A DNA stretch of 63,987 nt, filler included, from Pelomyxa schiedti (lineage: Eukaryota > Protista > Evosea), in the NCBI GenBank assembly GCA_020536535.1. It is 12 parts of 12 records of this genome, joined end to end, with 100 filler letters (N's around TTAATTAATTAA, not from the genome) between each part and the next. Parts side by side here need not be neighbours in the genome. Positions count along the whole stretch, not along the records: positions 19,597 to 51,334 come from JAHLWZ010000996.1; positions 51,435 to 52,771 come from JAHLWZ010002585.1; positions 52,872 to 54,175 come from JAHLWZ010002604.1; positions 54,276 to 55,291 come from JAHLWZ010002999.1; positions 55,392 to 59,436 come from JAHLWZ010000273.1; positions 59,537 to 60,809 come from JAHLWZ010002631.1; 6 more parts are not named here. One strand, given 5' to 3'. This document shows positions 48,387 through 60,809 of this stretch, in pieces; within the stretch, counting starts at the first letter, position 1, and every line of letters begins with the position of its first letter. The position numbers and the translations under genes are program-made. The notes beneath the pieces are model-generated. The model searched no databases, was not told the origin of the DNA, and was given only the letters and a program-made list of their open reading frames with translations.

Positions 48387-48636
48387 GACGGAGGGGTTTC
48401 ATAGTGGTACTACTAGGAAACGCACATGCGCTAAAACCAAGAAAAAGCCGAATGGCACAAGAGGAGAGACCTCAAAGTAGCCTTCCACTAAAGATGCAAC
48501 AGATTTCCTCATCAAATGAAAAAAGTTTCCTTCTCGTGCAGTTGCATTCTTTAATTAAACTATCGGCCGTACGCGAAGAGTGTCGTGGCCCTATACTAGC
48601 AACGATCAGTCAACAAACGACACCCACAGTTTCACG

Positions 48637-51152
48637 ATGTCCAGTAAAGTAAACAAGCCGATGCCCCTCGCTCTCAAGAAGTTCAAGCGCAAACAAGCCG
48701 AGAAAAAAAAGGCCAAAAAACAACTCAAACAAAGCAGCTCCCCAACAACAACAACAACTACCAAACCCTCGTCACCATCACCATCAAACCCCACTCAAAA
48801 AACGCCAAAAAAATCAACCCCAAGATCGCCCTCAACCACCACCACAACAACACGCGCCACCACTGTGGCCAATAAGAGACCCGCACAAAGGCCCATTGAA
48901 AAGTCATCAATCAAGTCACAGAAGAGACCCAGAACGGGCTCTTATGTCAGCAACAGTGGCGGCGGTGGTGCTTCTGGGTGCGGCGGTGGTGGTGCATCGA
49001 CATCTACGTCGCCTGATTCGTCTCGCAAGTACACGCCGAAGGAGAAGTCAATGCCAATTACGAATTTGGAATTGCCGAGTGATGTTACGGGAAAGAAGCC
49101 TGCTGCTTCTATCGACGTGGACGGTCCGGAAGAGAAGCCGGGTCACATCATATTCCTTGAGGGAGTTGCTAGTGAGTGTTGATTGATTACAATGCCCCCA
49201 ATCTTAGAGGGGATGGATGTGCTGACCAGTTTCTTTCCTTTCTTTCGTGTAGGGGAAGCTGCCGCAGGAGTGGATCCCAACTCTTTTGAATCGCTCAATA
49301 TCGTGGAGCAACTTAAGCAAGCAATCACTAGTGACTTTGGATTCACTCAAATGACTCCAATTCAGGCAGCTTCCATTCCCGTTTTGTTGAAGGGCTTGTA
49401 TGTTTTAACTTTCTTATGTCCACCCAATGACCTCTATCCTCTCAAGGGACCTGCTTGGGAAAGCGTCAACTGGAAGTGGGAAATCTTTAGCCTTCCTCAT
49501 CCCGGCAGTACACATGTTGGCGAAGGCCAACTTCCTCCCTAGAAATGGTAACCGGTCCGCGAACGCTCTCTTTTGCTCACAGGATATAGGAGTGGGAGCA
49601 GCAGTTCTATCCCCAACCCGCGAGCTCGCATTACAGTTGTACCAAGTCGTGCAAGAACTGATGAAATACCTACCACAGCATTCACATGGAATTGTCATCG
49701 GAGGTGCAAACCGCAAAGCTGAAGCTGAAAAATTGAAAAAAGGGATCAACCTTTTAGTCAGTACCCCTGGTAGGTTCTAGGCCTAGAAAACACAGTTTGT
49801 GGTTTAATCTCTTTGAAGGAAGACTTTTGGACCACCTTCATAATACTCGAGGCTTCATATACCAAAACCTCAAAATGTTGGTCATTGACGAAGCAGACAG
49901 AATTTTGCAGCAAGGATTTGAGGAGGAAATGAAACAAATTTTGCGCCTTCTTCCCAGTGGTTCGTCCTCCCTTCTTCATCTCTGGGTGCCTAACCAACCT
50001 AGAGAGACAAACTATGCTGTTTTCGGCGACTATGACAGAAAAAGTAGAAGATATCGCAAGACTGTCTCTGAAAACTCCAACATTCATCGATGTTGATTTA
50101 AACAGAGAAAATGCCACCGTTGAAACCCTGGAGCAAGTATGATAGTTTTCTTTCTTTTACTACTCAAAGCTGAGAGCATTGCAGGGATACGTCATTGTCG
50201 AAAGCGACACAAGATTTCTGCTGTTGTACATGTTCCTTAAAAAAAATCAAGCAAAGAAAGTCATTGTCTTCCTGTCATCATGCAATGCCACAAAATTCTA
50301 CTCAGAGCTTCTTAATTACATCGACCTACCTGTCATGTCACTCCATGTTTGTCGTTTAAGGAAAAATTACTTTCTTACCACAAGCACAGGGGCACCAAAA
50401 GCAAGCAAAAAGAACAACTACATTCTTTGAGTTCTGCAAAGCCGAGAAAGGCATTCTCATTACAACAGATGTGGCCGCCAGGGGTTTAGACATTCCTCTC
50501 GTGGATTGGATTATTCAGTATGACCCCCCAGATAATCCTCAGGTTACAAAAATAAAATTTTTATGGCGGCTTTGTAGTAATCTTTACAATAGGACTACAT
50601 CCACCGTGTTGGTCGTACTGCAAGGGCAGGAACCAAAGGCAAAGCTCTTTTATTTGTTTTACCAAATGAGCTCGGCTTTTTATCATATCTAAAAGCGGCG
50701 AAGGTTCCACTTAACCAATATGACTTCCCCACATCAAGAATATCAGCCGTACAGGAACAGGTAGTTTCCGGAAACCCTCTACCTTACTTTTCTGACTTTT
50801 TCTCACAGCTGGAAAAGCTTGTATCTAAAAACTATTACCTCTACAATGCCGCAAGGGATGCCTACACCTCCTATGTTAAGGCCTATGCCTCCCATCAATT
50901 GAAGGTTACAATTTCCTCTCTCAAAACAAAACTCACACATGCAACAAGGCCATTTTCGATGTGAAGAAATTAAATTTGATGAAAGTTGCCAAGTCTTTTG
51001 GTTTCACTGCCCCCCCAAAGATTGACCTTGGTATCCTAAAAATGCTCATATTCGTCACTAACTTAAGCATAGAGCTCAAGCCCAGCACTGCGGAAAAGAA
51101 AAAGAAGAAGTTCTTCCACCAAATACAAGCAGATACCCATGACGGCCTCTAA
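48637..51152 (+). CDS. DDX18: DEAD-box RNA helicase DDX18/Has1
   Basis: [101 protein letters not shown]. Confidence 0.95.
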
Positions 51153-51246
51153 ACGAGATGTAGATGTATTCAAAACAGATAAACACATCGATGGTGCCTT
51201 GGTCTCTGCTAGCTCCTTACAAAAATAAAAAGGGAAAATAAAAGAT

Positions 51247-51319
51247 AGGCTCCAGTGGGAATCGAACCCGCGATCTTCGCTTTACGAGAGCGACGCTTTG
51301 CCAACTAAGCCATGAAGCC
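51247..51319 (-). tRNA. tRNA-Thr(CGT), identical to 41242-41314
   Basis: Exact reverse complement of the first copy, and both share the 5' flank ttctgtgt. Confidence 0.95.
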
Positions 51320-51434
51320 ACACAGAAAGGGAGGNNNNNNNNNNNNNNNNNNNNNNNNNNNNNNNNNNNNNNNNNNNNTTAATTAATTAANNNNNNNNNN
51401 NNNNNNNNNNNNNNNNNNNNNNNNNNNNNNNNNN

Positions 51435-52415
51435 GTTGAGGGTGCCCTTCAGATTGGATGATGATGGCGATGGTGGTGACAGTGTTGCAACACCCTCACC
51501 ACCGCGGCACCCATTTTGTGTGAATGTGCCTTCAAACATGTCACCGTTTGGCCACATCCTCATTCCCTTTGTTGGCACACCACCCTCCCACAACCCAGTG
51601 AACGATGATCCATCCCTGCTCCACGTTTTGGTTCCTTCACCATGCTCCTTCCCGGCCACCCACTGGCCATCATACCTGTCACCGTTTGCCCACAGCCTCA
51701 CACCCCGACCATGGAACACATCATCCTTCCACTCACCAACATAACTCCCACCACCTCCTTCTGGGTTGCTGTTGCTGTTGTTGTTGTTGTTGTTGCCTCC
51801 ATAGTCACCACCACCAAACAGGATACTCCCTGTTCCACATTTCATTCCGTGATCGAATTGACCATGGTAGATGTCACCCAAGCCACCAGGTGACACCCAC
51901 GTTCCCACACCGTGCCACTTGTGCCTGTCCCACGCACCCTCATACACCATCGCCATTGCTCCTGTGGCCCCCCCCTTGGTTGTCATCCTCCATTGCACAC
52001 CCCACCCCTGCATGTCATGACAATTTGCCGTTGCGTTCCACACCCACTCGCCATCCCACACATCCACACCGTTGCTGTGGTGCAAGATTCCCCTTTTCCA
52101 GTGGTCGTCCCTCCACAGCCCCTCGTACCAGCTGCCATGGGCCCAGTGGTGCACACCCCACCCATCCGTCTTGCCATTGAGCCACTCTCCCTCGCAGGTG
52201 TCGCCATTGTGCCACTTGTACACCCCTCGGCCGTTCATGGCTCCGTTGAGCCACACACCGTCGCACGTGTGGCCGTTTGGCAATTTTAGGGTGCCCCTGC
52301 CGTCGGGGTTGCCATCGACCACCCGACCTGTGTATGTCGGGCCACCAGGCACCACTGAGGTGTCGTCGACAACCATGGTCGCAGCACCCACTCGTTTGTT
52401 GGTTGCAGCTGCCAT
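51435..52415 (-). CDS. MORN-repeat protein, 3' truncated
   Basis: Repeated YxGxWxxGxxxGxG units (YEGLWRDD, YHGQFDHGMKCGTG, YVGEWKDDVFHGRG, YDGQWVAGKEHGEG). Confidence 0.9.
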
Positions 52416-52871
52416 GACCGTGATGATGAAATGGATTGATGATGCAACAAGAAACACCATCAACCACAACGAAACTGGGCTTGGGCAACCCAAGGTGAGG
52501 AGGCTGTAAACACGTCTGTTGCTTCCGCCTGTGGAAAAACCAGATAGCGGAATCCTCATCTGCCTGCTTCTCTTTGTTCACCAACGAATCGACATCACTT
52601 GCTATCGCATACGTTCGAGTATTCAACATCCACACAGTGACATGACCTCGACCAAGAAAGATTTGTTGTCCACTTCTCAGTCCAGATTACCTGGCCTGAG
52701 AATCAATCAATCACCACTGCAGTTTACATTAGTGAGTTCTGTGATGCGAGTGGAATGGCATGCATACTCAGNNNNNNNNNNNNNNNNNNNNNNNNNNNNN
52801 NNNNNNNNNNNNNNNTTAATTAATTAANNNNNNNNNNNNNNNNNNNNNNNNNNNNNNNNNNNNNNNNNNNN

Positions 52872-54175
52872 GTGAGAATGGCAAGTGACAGGCCTGTGAT
52901 GGAATCGTGTACCACGGAGGAGGTGCGACTACTGTTGTAGTCCACATCCTGGCCTTCTTTCCCTCTGGTACCAATTCGCACTGCATAGATTCTCACGTCT
53001 GTGGACTGAACCTGGCAAACTGTGTTGGTGTCCCAACGTTGAATGAGATGTGACGGATGGATCAGGTCTGAAGAAGAAGAACAGCTGTACACCTCTGTGG
53101 TTGTGCTGTTGCCATTGCTGTGGTCAATGTCCCTCAGCAGAGCACTGATGTGGGCTGGTGGAATGCACGCAACAGTTCTGTACTTTCCATCAGAGCAACA
53201 GAACACATGTGACTTTCCAGTCTTTTTGTTGAAAACTACAGTGTTGAAGTGCTGGTGAATTGTGAGGATGCCATCAGGTGCAGCCCACAGCAGATCAGAT
53301 GGACAGGAAAAAGGCAGGGTGTCCGTCTTGGTCATCACTGACACACCAGCTTCTACACTTTGATCAAGGTTGATGAAGGAAATGAATTCACCGCCGACAG
53401 TTTTGCTGCTCCCCACAGCAACAAGCTCATCGCCCAGTGGGTCAAACTGTGAAAACCTTGCTCCACATCCGTACATGCGCACAGGACACTTCACCCCAAC
53501 ACCACTTCCAACGGGAAGACCTCCACTGCTGCTCATCTTCCACACCACCAACATTGACCCCTCTGAAGTTGCAGGGGCCACCTTCACAAGCCACTTGCGG
53601 TTGCTCAGCCAGAAACCAAAGATTGACAGGCTGGAATTCACTGGTGGATGGAGCACAGCCAGGACCCTTCCTGTGTTGTCAATCACTCGTGGGAGATGCC
53701 CCATGTTGTGTGCAATAAACTTGTCATCTCCCAGTGTGTGCTGGACTGACCAGTATGCATCCGAGCCGAGCTCTGCACTCAATGTCCAGGCCGTGCACCA
53801 CACCACTCCCAGCGTTGCACTGAGCCCAATGAACACGTTCACCCTGATGGAAATTGGCCCCTCAGGTCTGCTCCAGTCACGTTCCCGTGGAAATAACAGT
53901 GTGCTTCCAACCTACACTCCAACACATAGAAGGGGGAAAAAAACATAAACACCAGAGAGAACCAAATGGGCAATAATAACCCATAATAACGAACACGAGG
54001 ATTCATCAATGGAGAAGCAACATACGCTTTTGCAGCAGGCGACGACCCACTGCCGACCGAATTCCGCGAACAGGGTGGGGTTTTCCCTCACGAAAAAGCG
54101 AGCAGCGGGGCTGCGTCGCGAGCACCTTTCCACGCACGCGCATGCGAACGCAACAAACTGCGATCGTGCGTCAAC
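52872..54175 (-). CDS. RCGASSPA-like family protein with a beta-rich body; ends at contig edges
   Basis: N-terminus DARSQFVAFACACVERCSRRSPAARFF..FGRQWVV, a probable intron, then a 340-aa frame starting FIGLSATLGVVWC. Confidence 0.65.
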
Positions 54176-54929
54176 NNNNNNNNNNNNNNNNNNNNNNNNN
54201 NNNNNNNNNNNNNNNNNNNTTAATTAATTAANNNNNNNNNNNNNNNNNNNNNNNNNNNNNNNNNNNNNNNNNNNNAACTCTTCTTTAGACTTTGATGTTT
54301 ACTATACCATGCCATTTTAATGATATATGTGTTTCTATATATTTGCCATGGCTTTGGCCACAAGCAACACAAAGTGTGATGACACTCCCCACTTGCGTCA
54401 CCTCCTAACCAAAAAAAAAAAAAAAAAAAAAAGACCAGGTTGTTGTTTTGTGAGCCAGAACCAGAAAAGGGAAGGAAGAGGGAAGTGGCTGGCCTGTGGC
54501 GGGGGCTACCGAAACCGCCAGAGATCCGCCAAAAAAACGAAAATTTTGGATAAGGAAGGGGACGCTTTCGTGCGCGTACTACTAGTGGTTCACTGTTCCT
54601 TCCACTGGCCATTTCCCCTCTCTTCCTCCTCTTCACTTTTTGGAAACTCCCAATCCTGGCTGGCATTTTGGGAGCAGACAACAAGGTGATTTATCACCAA
54701 CTCATGATTTTCTTTATGTTTGCCTCACACACTACATAGTTCTGTTTCAATTAGGAGAAACTTGCATTTCCAGTGCGTTAAATCTTGCATTCAGTGCGTC
54801 AGGAACTACGTTGGTAATCCCCTTTATGTATACATCTTTTGTTGGTAAGCAACTTTGTAGAGTGAGACACCATCTCCATACTTTACTGTGAGGCGGACAT
54901 GTATCATTTAACCTTACCAATACTGCATG

Positions 54930-55280
54930 ATCAAAATAAAGTATCCAGGAGTGATTTTCGAGGTATTCTTAGAATCAAACAATTCCACAAACAACAGCTA
55001 ATACTTCCAATTCTGTAATAGGGTAATTCTGTTTGTACTTCTTCAACTTTGGTCTTTGGAGAACTCCCATGACAATATAGCAACATAACTAATGATATGT
55101 CCAAGGAATTTAATTGTATCAAGACAAAATTCACACTTAGAAGGTTTCAACTTCACTCCAGCTTCATATAACCATTCAAATACTTCTAGATGCTTCACAT
55201 GAGTATGTGAAAATATGATGATGTTAACAATATAAGCTAAAACATTTGCCATTGCTTTATGTCGTTGGTAAGTCATTTAC
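54930..55280 (-). mobile_element. Degenerate Ty3/Gypsy LTR-retrotransposon RT fragment
   Basis: VLAYIVNIIIFS..HL..EAGVKLKPSKCEFCLDTIKFLGHII fits the Gypsy RT C-terminal consensus, with the YxDD motif lost. Confidence 0.8.
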
Positions 55281-55664
55281 CAAACCAAATGNNNNNNNNN
55301 NNNNNNNNNNNNNNNNNNNNNNNNNNNNNNNNNNNTTAATTAATTAANNNNNNNNNNNNNNNNNNNNNNNNNNNNNNNNNNNNNNNNNNNNTCCCTCCTT
55401 TTGGAGATCTCGATCTCGAAAATTGTTATTGGCTCTGCGACACATCGACAAAAAAAAACCAAAACCCAAAAACAATGTAATATTAAAGCCGAAACAAAAA
55501 AATCATAATTTCAAACAAATCCGAAGGCACAAACAACACCAGACACGACAAACAAGCGGAGGGACGGGAAGCGGGGGAGAACACGGCGGATGGGGCGAGC
55601 GGATCTGCGACGACTCGGCGGTGCTGAACACTACGTACGGCGCATCGGCACATCGGCACAAATC

Positions 55665-55700
<36 letters not shown>

Positions 55701-55759
55701 TATTGAACGTACCGTGTGCTTCTTCTTGTGGCCAGTGGTTTTTTTTTTTTTTTTTTTTT

Positions 55760-58700
55760 TCCATATCACGCATTTTTCTTCGTGCCTATTTTTCGTCACG
55801 CAACGACTGCTCACTAACAACTCAAAACTGTGCAGTCTTGTTCTCGTTCTTCAGGATGGCTAGATACATCGAGATGTTTCTCCGTGAGATCGCGAGACAG
55901 CAGCGGAAGCAATATATCTCCCATATATATCCTTATCTCATCATTCCATTTACTTATTGTAACACTTGTAATCAATCAATCAATCAATCAATCATCTATC
56001 TCTCTTCCCCGCCAAGACAAGATATATGCAACAACAAGGCAGCACAGTCAACAAGATATTATACACAAAGACCACCACAACGCGCGAATATATTGGCTGA
56101 ATGAATGGATGGATGGATTGGATGGATTGGATGGGGATGCATGCTGCTTTTCAAGGCAAAGAAAACACGCCTTTCTGGAGCCCGATATAGCAGCCAAAAA
56201 ATGGGCCAGTTTGTGAAAGCAAATTGGCCTGCAAGGGGCCTTGCTATTGCACCAATTTGACTCTCTCTTGACTGTGATGACTCTGCTGTGGAGGATGGAT
56301 TCTCTTCTCTTGACACTGTGATTGATGATGACTCTGCTGAGGAGGAAGGACTCGGACTCTCGGACTCTCGGACTCTGTGATGAATGAGATCGCGAGACAG
56401 CAGCGGAAGCAATATATCTCCCATATATATCCTTATCTCATCATTCCATTTACTTATTGTAACACTTGTAATCAATCAATCATCTATCTCTCTTCCCCGC
56501 CAAGACAAGATATGTGCAACAACAAGAAGACAAGATATGCAACAACAAGGCAGCACAGTCAACAAGATATTATACACAAAGACCACCACAACGCGCGAAT
56601 ATATTGGCTGAATGGATGGATGGATTGGATGGATGCATGCTGCTNNNNNNNNNNNNNNNNNNNNNNNNNNNNNNNNNNNNNNNNNNNNNNNNNNNNNNNN
56701 NNNNNNNNNNNNNNNNNNNNNNNNNNNNNNNNNNNNNNNNNNNNAAGAAGACAAGATATGCAACAACAAGGCAGCACAGTCAACAAGATATTATACACAA
56801 AGACCACCACAACGCGCGAATATATTGGCTGAATGGATGGATGGATTGGATGGATGCATGCTGCTGTGACGTGACAGAGATACTATTATTGAATCTTGGT
56901 GGCGTCTTTTTGCCTGAGGTTCACAGGTAAACCAAAACCCTTCCATACTTGCCAACTTAAACCTCGCACAGACACACAGACACACAGACACACAAGAAGT
57001 TCTCCACGATTCCGGGAAACGAAACCGGAAGAGTCTCCTGTTACCTTGTCCAAAAAGAGAAGCTCTCGTACGAATTCCCACAACTAAAAAAAAAAAAAAA
57101 AACCCAACAAGTAGGTCAACAGTGGATCTCTTTACCGCCGACTCCGACTCCGACTCCGACTCCGAGTCTGAGTCTGAGTCTGAGTCGGAGTCGGACTCAG
57201 ACTCCGACTCCGAGTCTGAGTCTGAGTCGGAGTCGGACTCAGACTCCGACTCCGAATTCCGTACTTTGCCAACTAAAAAACCTCGCACTGCAGACACAGC
57301 AAGTTCTGTTCTCCACGAATTGGAAACACCCAGACGAGTCAGGCCCCGTTTCCTCATCCAAAAAGGTAAGAAATTCTCGTACACCACAACTAATTAATTA
57401 ACCCAACAACAAGGAGTCAGTTGTGGGCTTCCGCCAACGAGCTCTGCTGCACCCCTGATTGAAGGAAGCCACGNNNNNNNNNNNNNNNNNNNNNNNNNNN
57501 NNNNNNNNNNNNNNNNNNNNNNNNNNNNNNNNNNNNNNNNNNNNNNNNNNNNNNNNNNNNNNNNNNNNNNNNNAAGAAGACAAGATATGCAACAACAAGG
57601 CAGCACAGTCAACAAGATATTATACACAAAGACCACCACAACGCGCGAATATATTGGCTGAATGGATGGATGGATTGGATGGATGCATGCTGCTTTTCAA
57701 GGCAAAGAAAACACGCCTTTCTGGAGCCCGATATAGCAGCCAAAAAATGGGCCAGTTTGTGAAAGCAAATTGGCCTGCAAGGGGCCTTGCTATTGCGCCA
57801 ATTTGACTCTCTCTTGACTGTGATGACTCTGCTGTGGAGGATGGGATCTCTTCTCTTGACTGTGATTGATGATGACTCTGCTGAGGAGGAAGGACTCGGA
57901 CTCTCGGACTCTCGGACTCTGTGATGAATGAGATCGCGAGACAGCAGCGGCGTGTTTTCTTTGCCTTGAAAAGCAGCATGCATCCCACAGACACACAGAC
58001 ACACAAGAAGTTCTCCACGATTCCGGGAAACGAAACCGGAAGAGTCTCCTGTTACCTTGTCCAAAAAGAGAAGAATTCCCACAACTAAAAAAAAAAAACC
58101 CAACAAGTAGGTCAACAGTGGATCTCTTTACCGCCGACTCCGACTCCGACTCCGACTCCAACTCCGACTCAGACTCAGACTCCGACTCCGAATTCCGTAC
58201 TTTGCCAACTAAAAAACCTCGCACTGCAGACACAGCAAGTTCTGTTCTCCACGAATTGGAAACACCCAGACGAGTCAGGCCCCGTTTTCTCATCCAAAAA
58301 GGTAAGAAATTCTCGTACACCACAACTAATTAATTAACCCAACAACAAGGAGTCAGTTGTGGGCTTCCGCCAACGAGCTCTGCTGCACCCCTGATTGAAG
58401 GAAGCCACGGATAGACGCAACAAATAATAAGTTTCTGGCCGCCAACTCCAAACTCCCCAACGCCAACAATATGTGCCCTCCACCAAGCAACCACCCCTCA
58501 TCAACGAGTTTCCTTCCGACCACCGCGCTCCCATCAGCGAAAGCCTGCAACTTCGCTAACAATAGAGATCTGCACAACAATAAAAACAATAGAAACAAAT
58601 TCTGAAAAAAAAGAGGTCTCTTTGTACACTCAAATAAACACCGACACGGAGACAAAAAAACAGCTACTCGCCGGACTCGCCAACCCAAGTTGGGAAAAGC

Positions 58701-59200
58701 AATTCGAGCTCCAATCAATCTGAGATAGTGATGACGGGTGTCATTGGTGCTGTGGCTGGAAGAATGGGGCCGTGGAAGAGTGTGAAGTGGTGCGATGGAC
58801 GCAATAACATCATCCACACCAGAGAAAAGCACCATCCGCATTGGGCAACCTTCCAACGAATTCTAGAAGCAGATCTCCGCCCCGGGTTTTTTCGCTGCTC
58901 ATCCCGAGCCGACTCCTCAAAGAGGAAAAAAATTCCCGCAGACACCTTGGCTACAGGAGTGTCACAGAGGGATTCTTTTGTGGGGTGGGGTTTTTTTTTT
59001 TTCCCCATATCACATTTTTCTTGGTGCCTATTTTTTGTCACGCAACAACTGCTCACTAACAATTCAAAACTGTGCAGTCTTGTTCTCGTTCCTCGAGATG
59101 GCTAGATACATCGAGATTTTCTCCGCGAGATCGCGAGACAGCGAAGCGGTGAGAAGCGGAAGCAATATATATCTCCCATATATCTTTATCTCATCATTCC
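55760..59200. repeat. Mosaic of duplicated 100-400-bp modules and short VNTRs (tcaa, tgga, gactcg/gagtct)
   Basis: The module aagacaagatatgcaacaacaaggcagcacag...ggatgcatgctgc occurs at ~56025, 56526, 56745 and 57574. Modules at 55760-55950 recur at 59005-59200. The block 56970-57470 recurs at 57985-58410. Confidence 0.9.
57122..57397 (+). CDS. Possible small Asp/Glu-Ser repeat peptide or exon; shorter-repeat copy at 58118-58333
   Basis: Hexamer arrays keep the frame open (DS/ES)n, followed by PTKKPRT. No ATG; coding status is unproven. Confidence 0.3.
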   Translation: MDLFTADSDSDSDSESESESESESDSDSDSESESESESDSDSDSEFRTLPTKKPRTADTASSVLHELETPRRVRPRFLIQKGKKFSYTTTN

Positions 59201-59536
59201 ACAACCCTCCTCCGGGGATAAAACCAATTTTTATTCCCACTTGTAGAGTTTCCGGCGCGTTTAGGCAACGGAGTTAATGAGTTTAAGGAACGTTTAAGGA
59301 ACGGAGTTAAAAAGTTTAAGGAAAGGAAATGTTGTGGAGTGTCTTTAAAAGCGAAGCCAAAAAAACCATTTTCATCAAAAAAACCGGGGGCAAGGGCGCG
59401 ACTATGCCGGTGGTGGCACTGGTGTACGATGGTTAGNNNNNNNNNNNNNNNNNNNNNNNNNNNNNNNNNNNNNNNNNNNNTTAATTAATTAANNNNNNNN
59501 NNNNNNNNNNNNNNNNNNNNNNNNNNNNNNNNNNNN

Positions 59537-60375
59537 ATTCCTCCTCGATATCCTCTTCCTCGGAATCGAGCTCCGAGTCTTCATCACAATCGAGCTCCGT
59601 GTCGCTCTCCTCTTCCGTTTCCAGTTCCGCTTCCAGTTCCGAGTCCATCTCCAGTTCTCACTCTGATTCCAGCTCCGCGTCTTCCTCCGGTTCATACTCG
59701 CGCTCATCGTCGACTTCAGAATCTTCGTCCGAGTCCACTCAATTGGAATCCCTCTCGTCATATCCGGTGTCTTCAGCGTCACACTCGCTGTCCAGTTCCC
59801 ATTCTCATTCCACATCAACCCCGGATTCAGGCTCTGAATCAAGAACTTCAACATCACCACAACACTCGACATCCACTTCCACATCCACTTCCACCTCCAC
59901 CACTCTCCAATCAAATTCCGACTCACAATCCCGGTCTCAATCCCAATCCCAGTCCCAATCCCGATCTCATTCCACATCTATACCCACCTCCATATCCACC
60001 CCTGAGTCCCCCTCCCTATCACCCCCAGTGTCATCATCCCTGCCAGAATCGCTGATCTCCTCGCATTCCTCCTCACTCTATTTATCCACCCATTCTCAGC
60101 TGTTGTCATAGGCCTCATCCTCGGCGTCCTCCTCATTGTTGTCATCCACATCATCCTCTGATCAGCAGTCCGAGATTCCCGAGTCAGTGTCTATATCGTC
60201 GTCATCGGACGGTCACAGCACACCAGCGTGGGCGGCCGTCGTGATTGCGTTTGGTGCTCTAGGTTGTGCGGCTTCTGGTCTTGGCGCCACTTACGTGATT
60301 TACCGCTGGTGGCATGCCAAACAAATGGCGCACACATTCTCTGAGGATGTGGAGCTCAATGAGTACCTGGAGTAG
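59537..60375 (+). CDS. C-terminal part of a Ser-rich (mucin-like) single-pass membrane protein with one in-frame TAG
   Basis: Ser-rich frame 59599-60111 continues in the same frame at 60136-60375 into the TM helix WAAVVIAFGALGCAASGLGATYVIY and the RWWH stop-transfer. Confidence 0.65.
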
Positions 60376-60704
60376 ATTGGGGCAATGCAAAATAAAATGT
60401 TTATTTATAGAGAGTGAGGAACCCAAAACAAGAAGTTTTTTTTGGCCAAAAAAGGAAACAGACACAGAACCTGTGTTCAGAGTTGTCGGTGGACGTTCCC
60501 GATTGATTTTTTGCCACTTTGCTGGTTTTTTAAAAAAAAGTTCCTGGCTGGAAAAACAGAGTTGCACCACCGCTGAGAAAAACTTGGTCAAGTTGGGAAG
60601 CAAGCACCTTTTATTTGCGCCCGTTTTCTTGTTAAGAAAATAAAACAAATAAAACTCCAAGCAAAAGCAACAAGCAACAAGCAACAACACAACACAACAA
60701 CCAA

Positions 60705-60809
60705 ATGAAGTGTCAACTCCTCTCACTGGCCCTTCTCTTTGTGGCCGTTTCATGTGCAGACATGCCCGACTGCACATACGACGACTACATGTCCTGGAAC
60801 ATCGTGAAC
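60705..60809 (+). CDS. N-terminus of a secreted protein, truncated; weak resemblance to the cathepsin C N-terminus
   Basis: MKCQLLSLALLFVAVSCA-DMPDCTYDDY: a clear signal peptide. The DxPxxCTY resemblance is weak. Confidence 0.5.

Noticed and set aside
19597-51334. Apparent cluster of trafficking genes (two SNAREs, BIG GEF, COG4, RING E3)
   Set aside because: They are mixed with unrelated genes (TAF12, DDX18, corrinoid protein), trafficking genes are common, and there is no sign of co-regulation.
57391-57402. taattaattaa inside the repeat unit (also near 58328), resembling the linker
   Set aside because: There are no flanking Ns and it is part of the duplicated module. It is probably a chance AT-rich sequence and no function can be supported.
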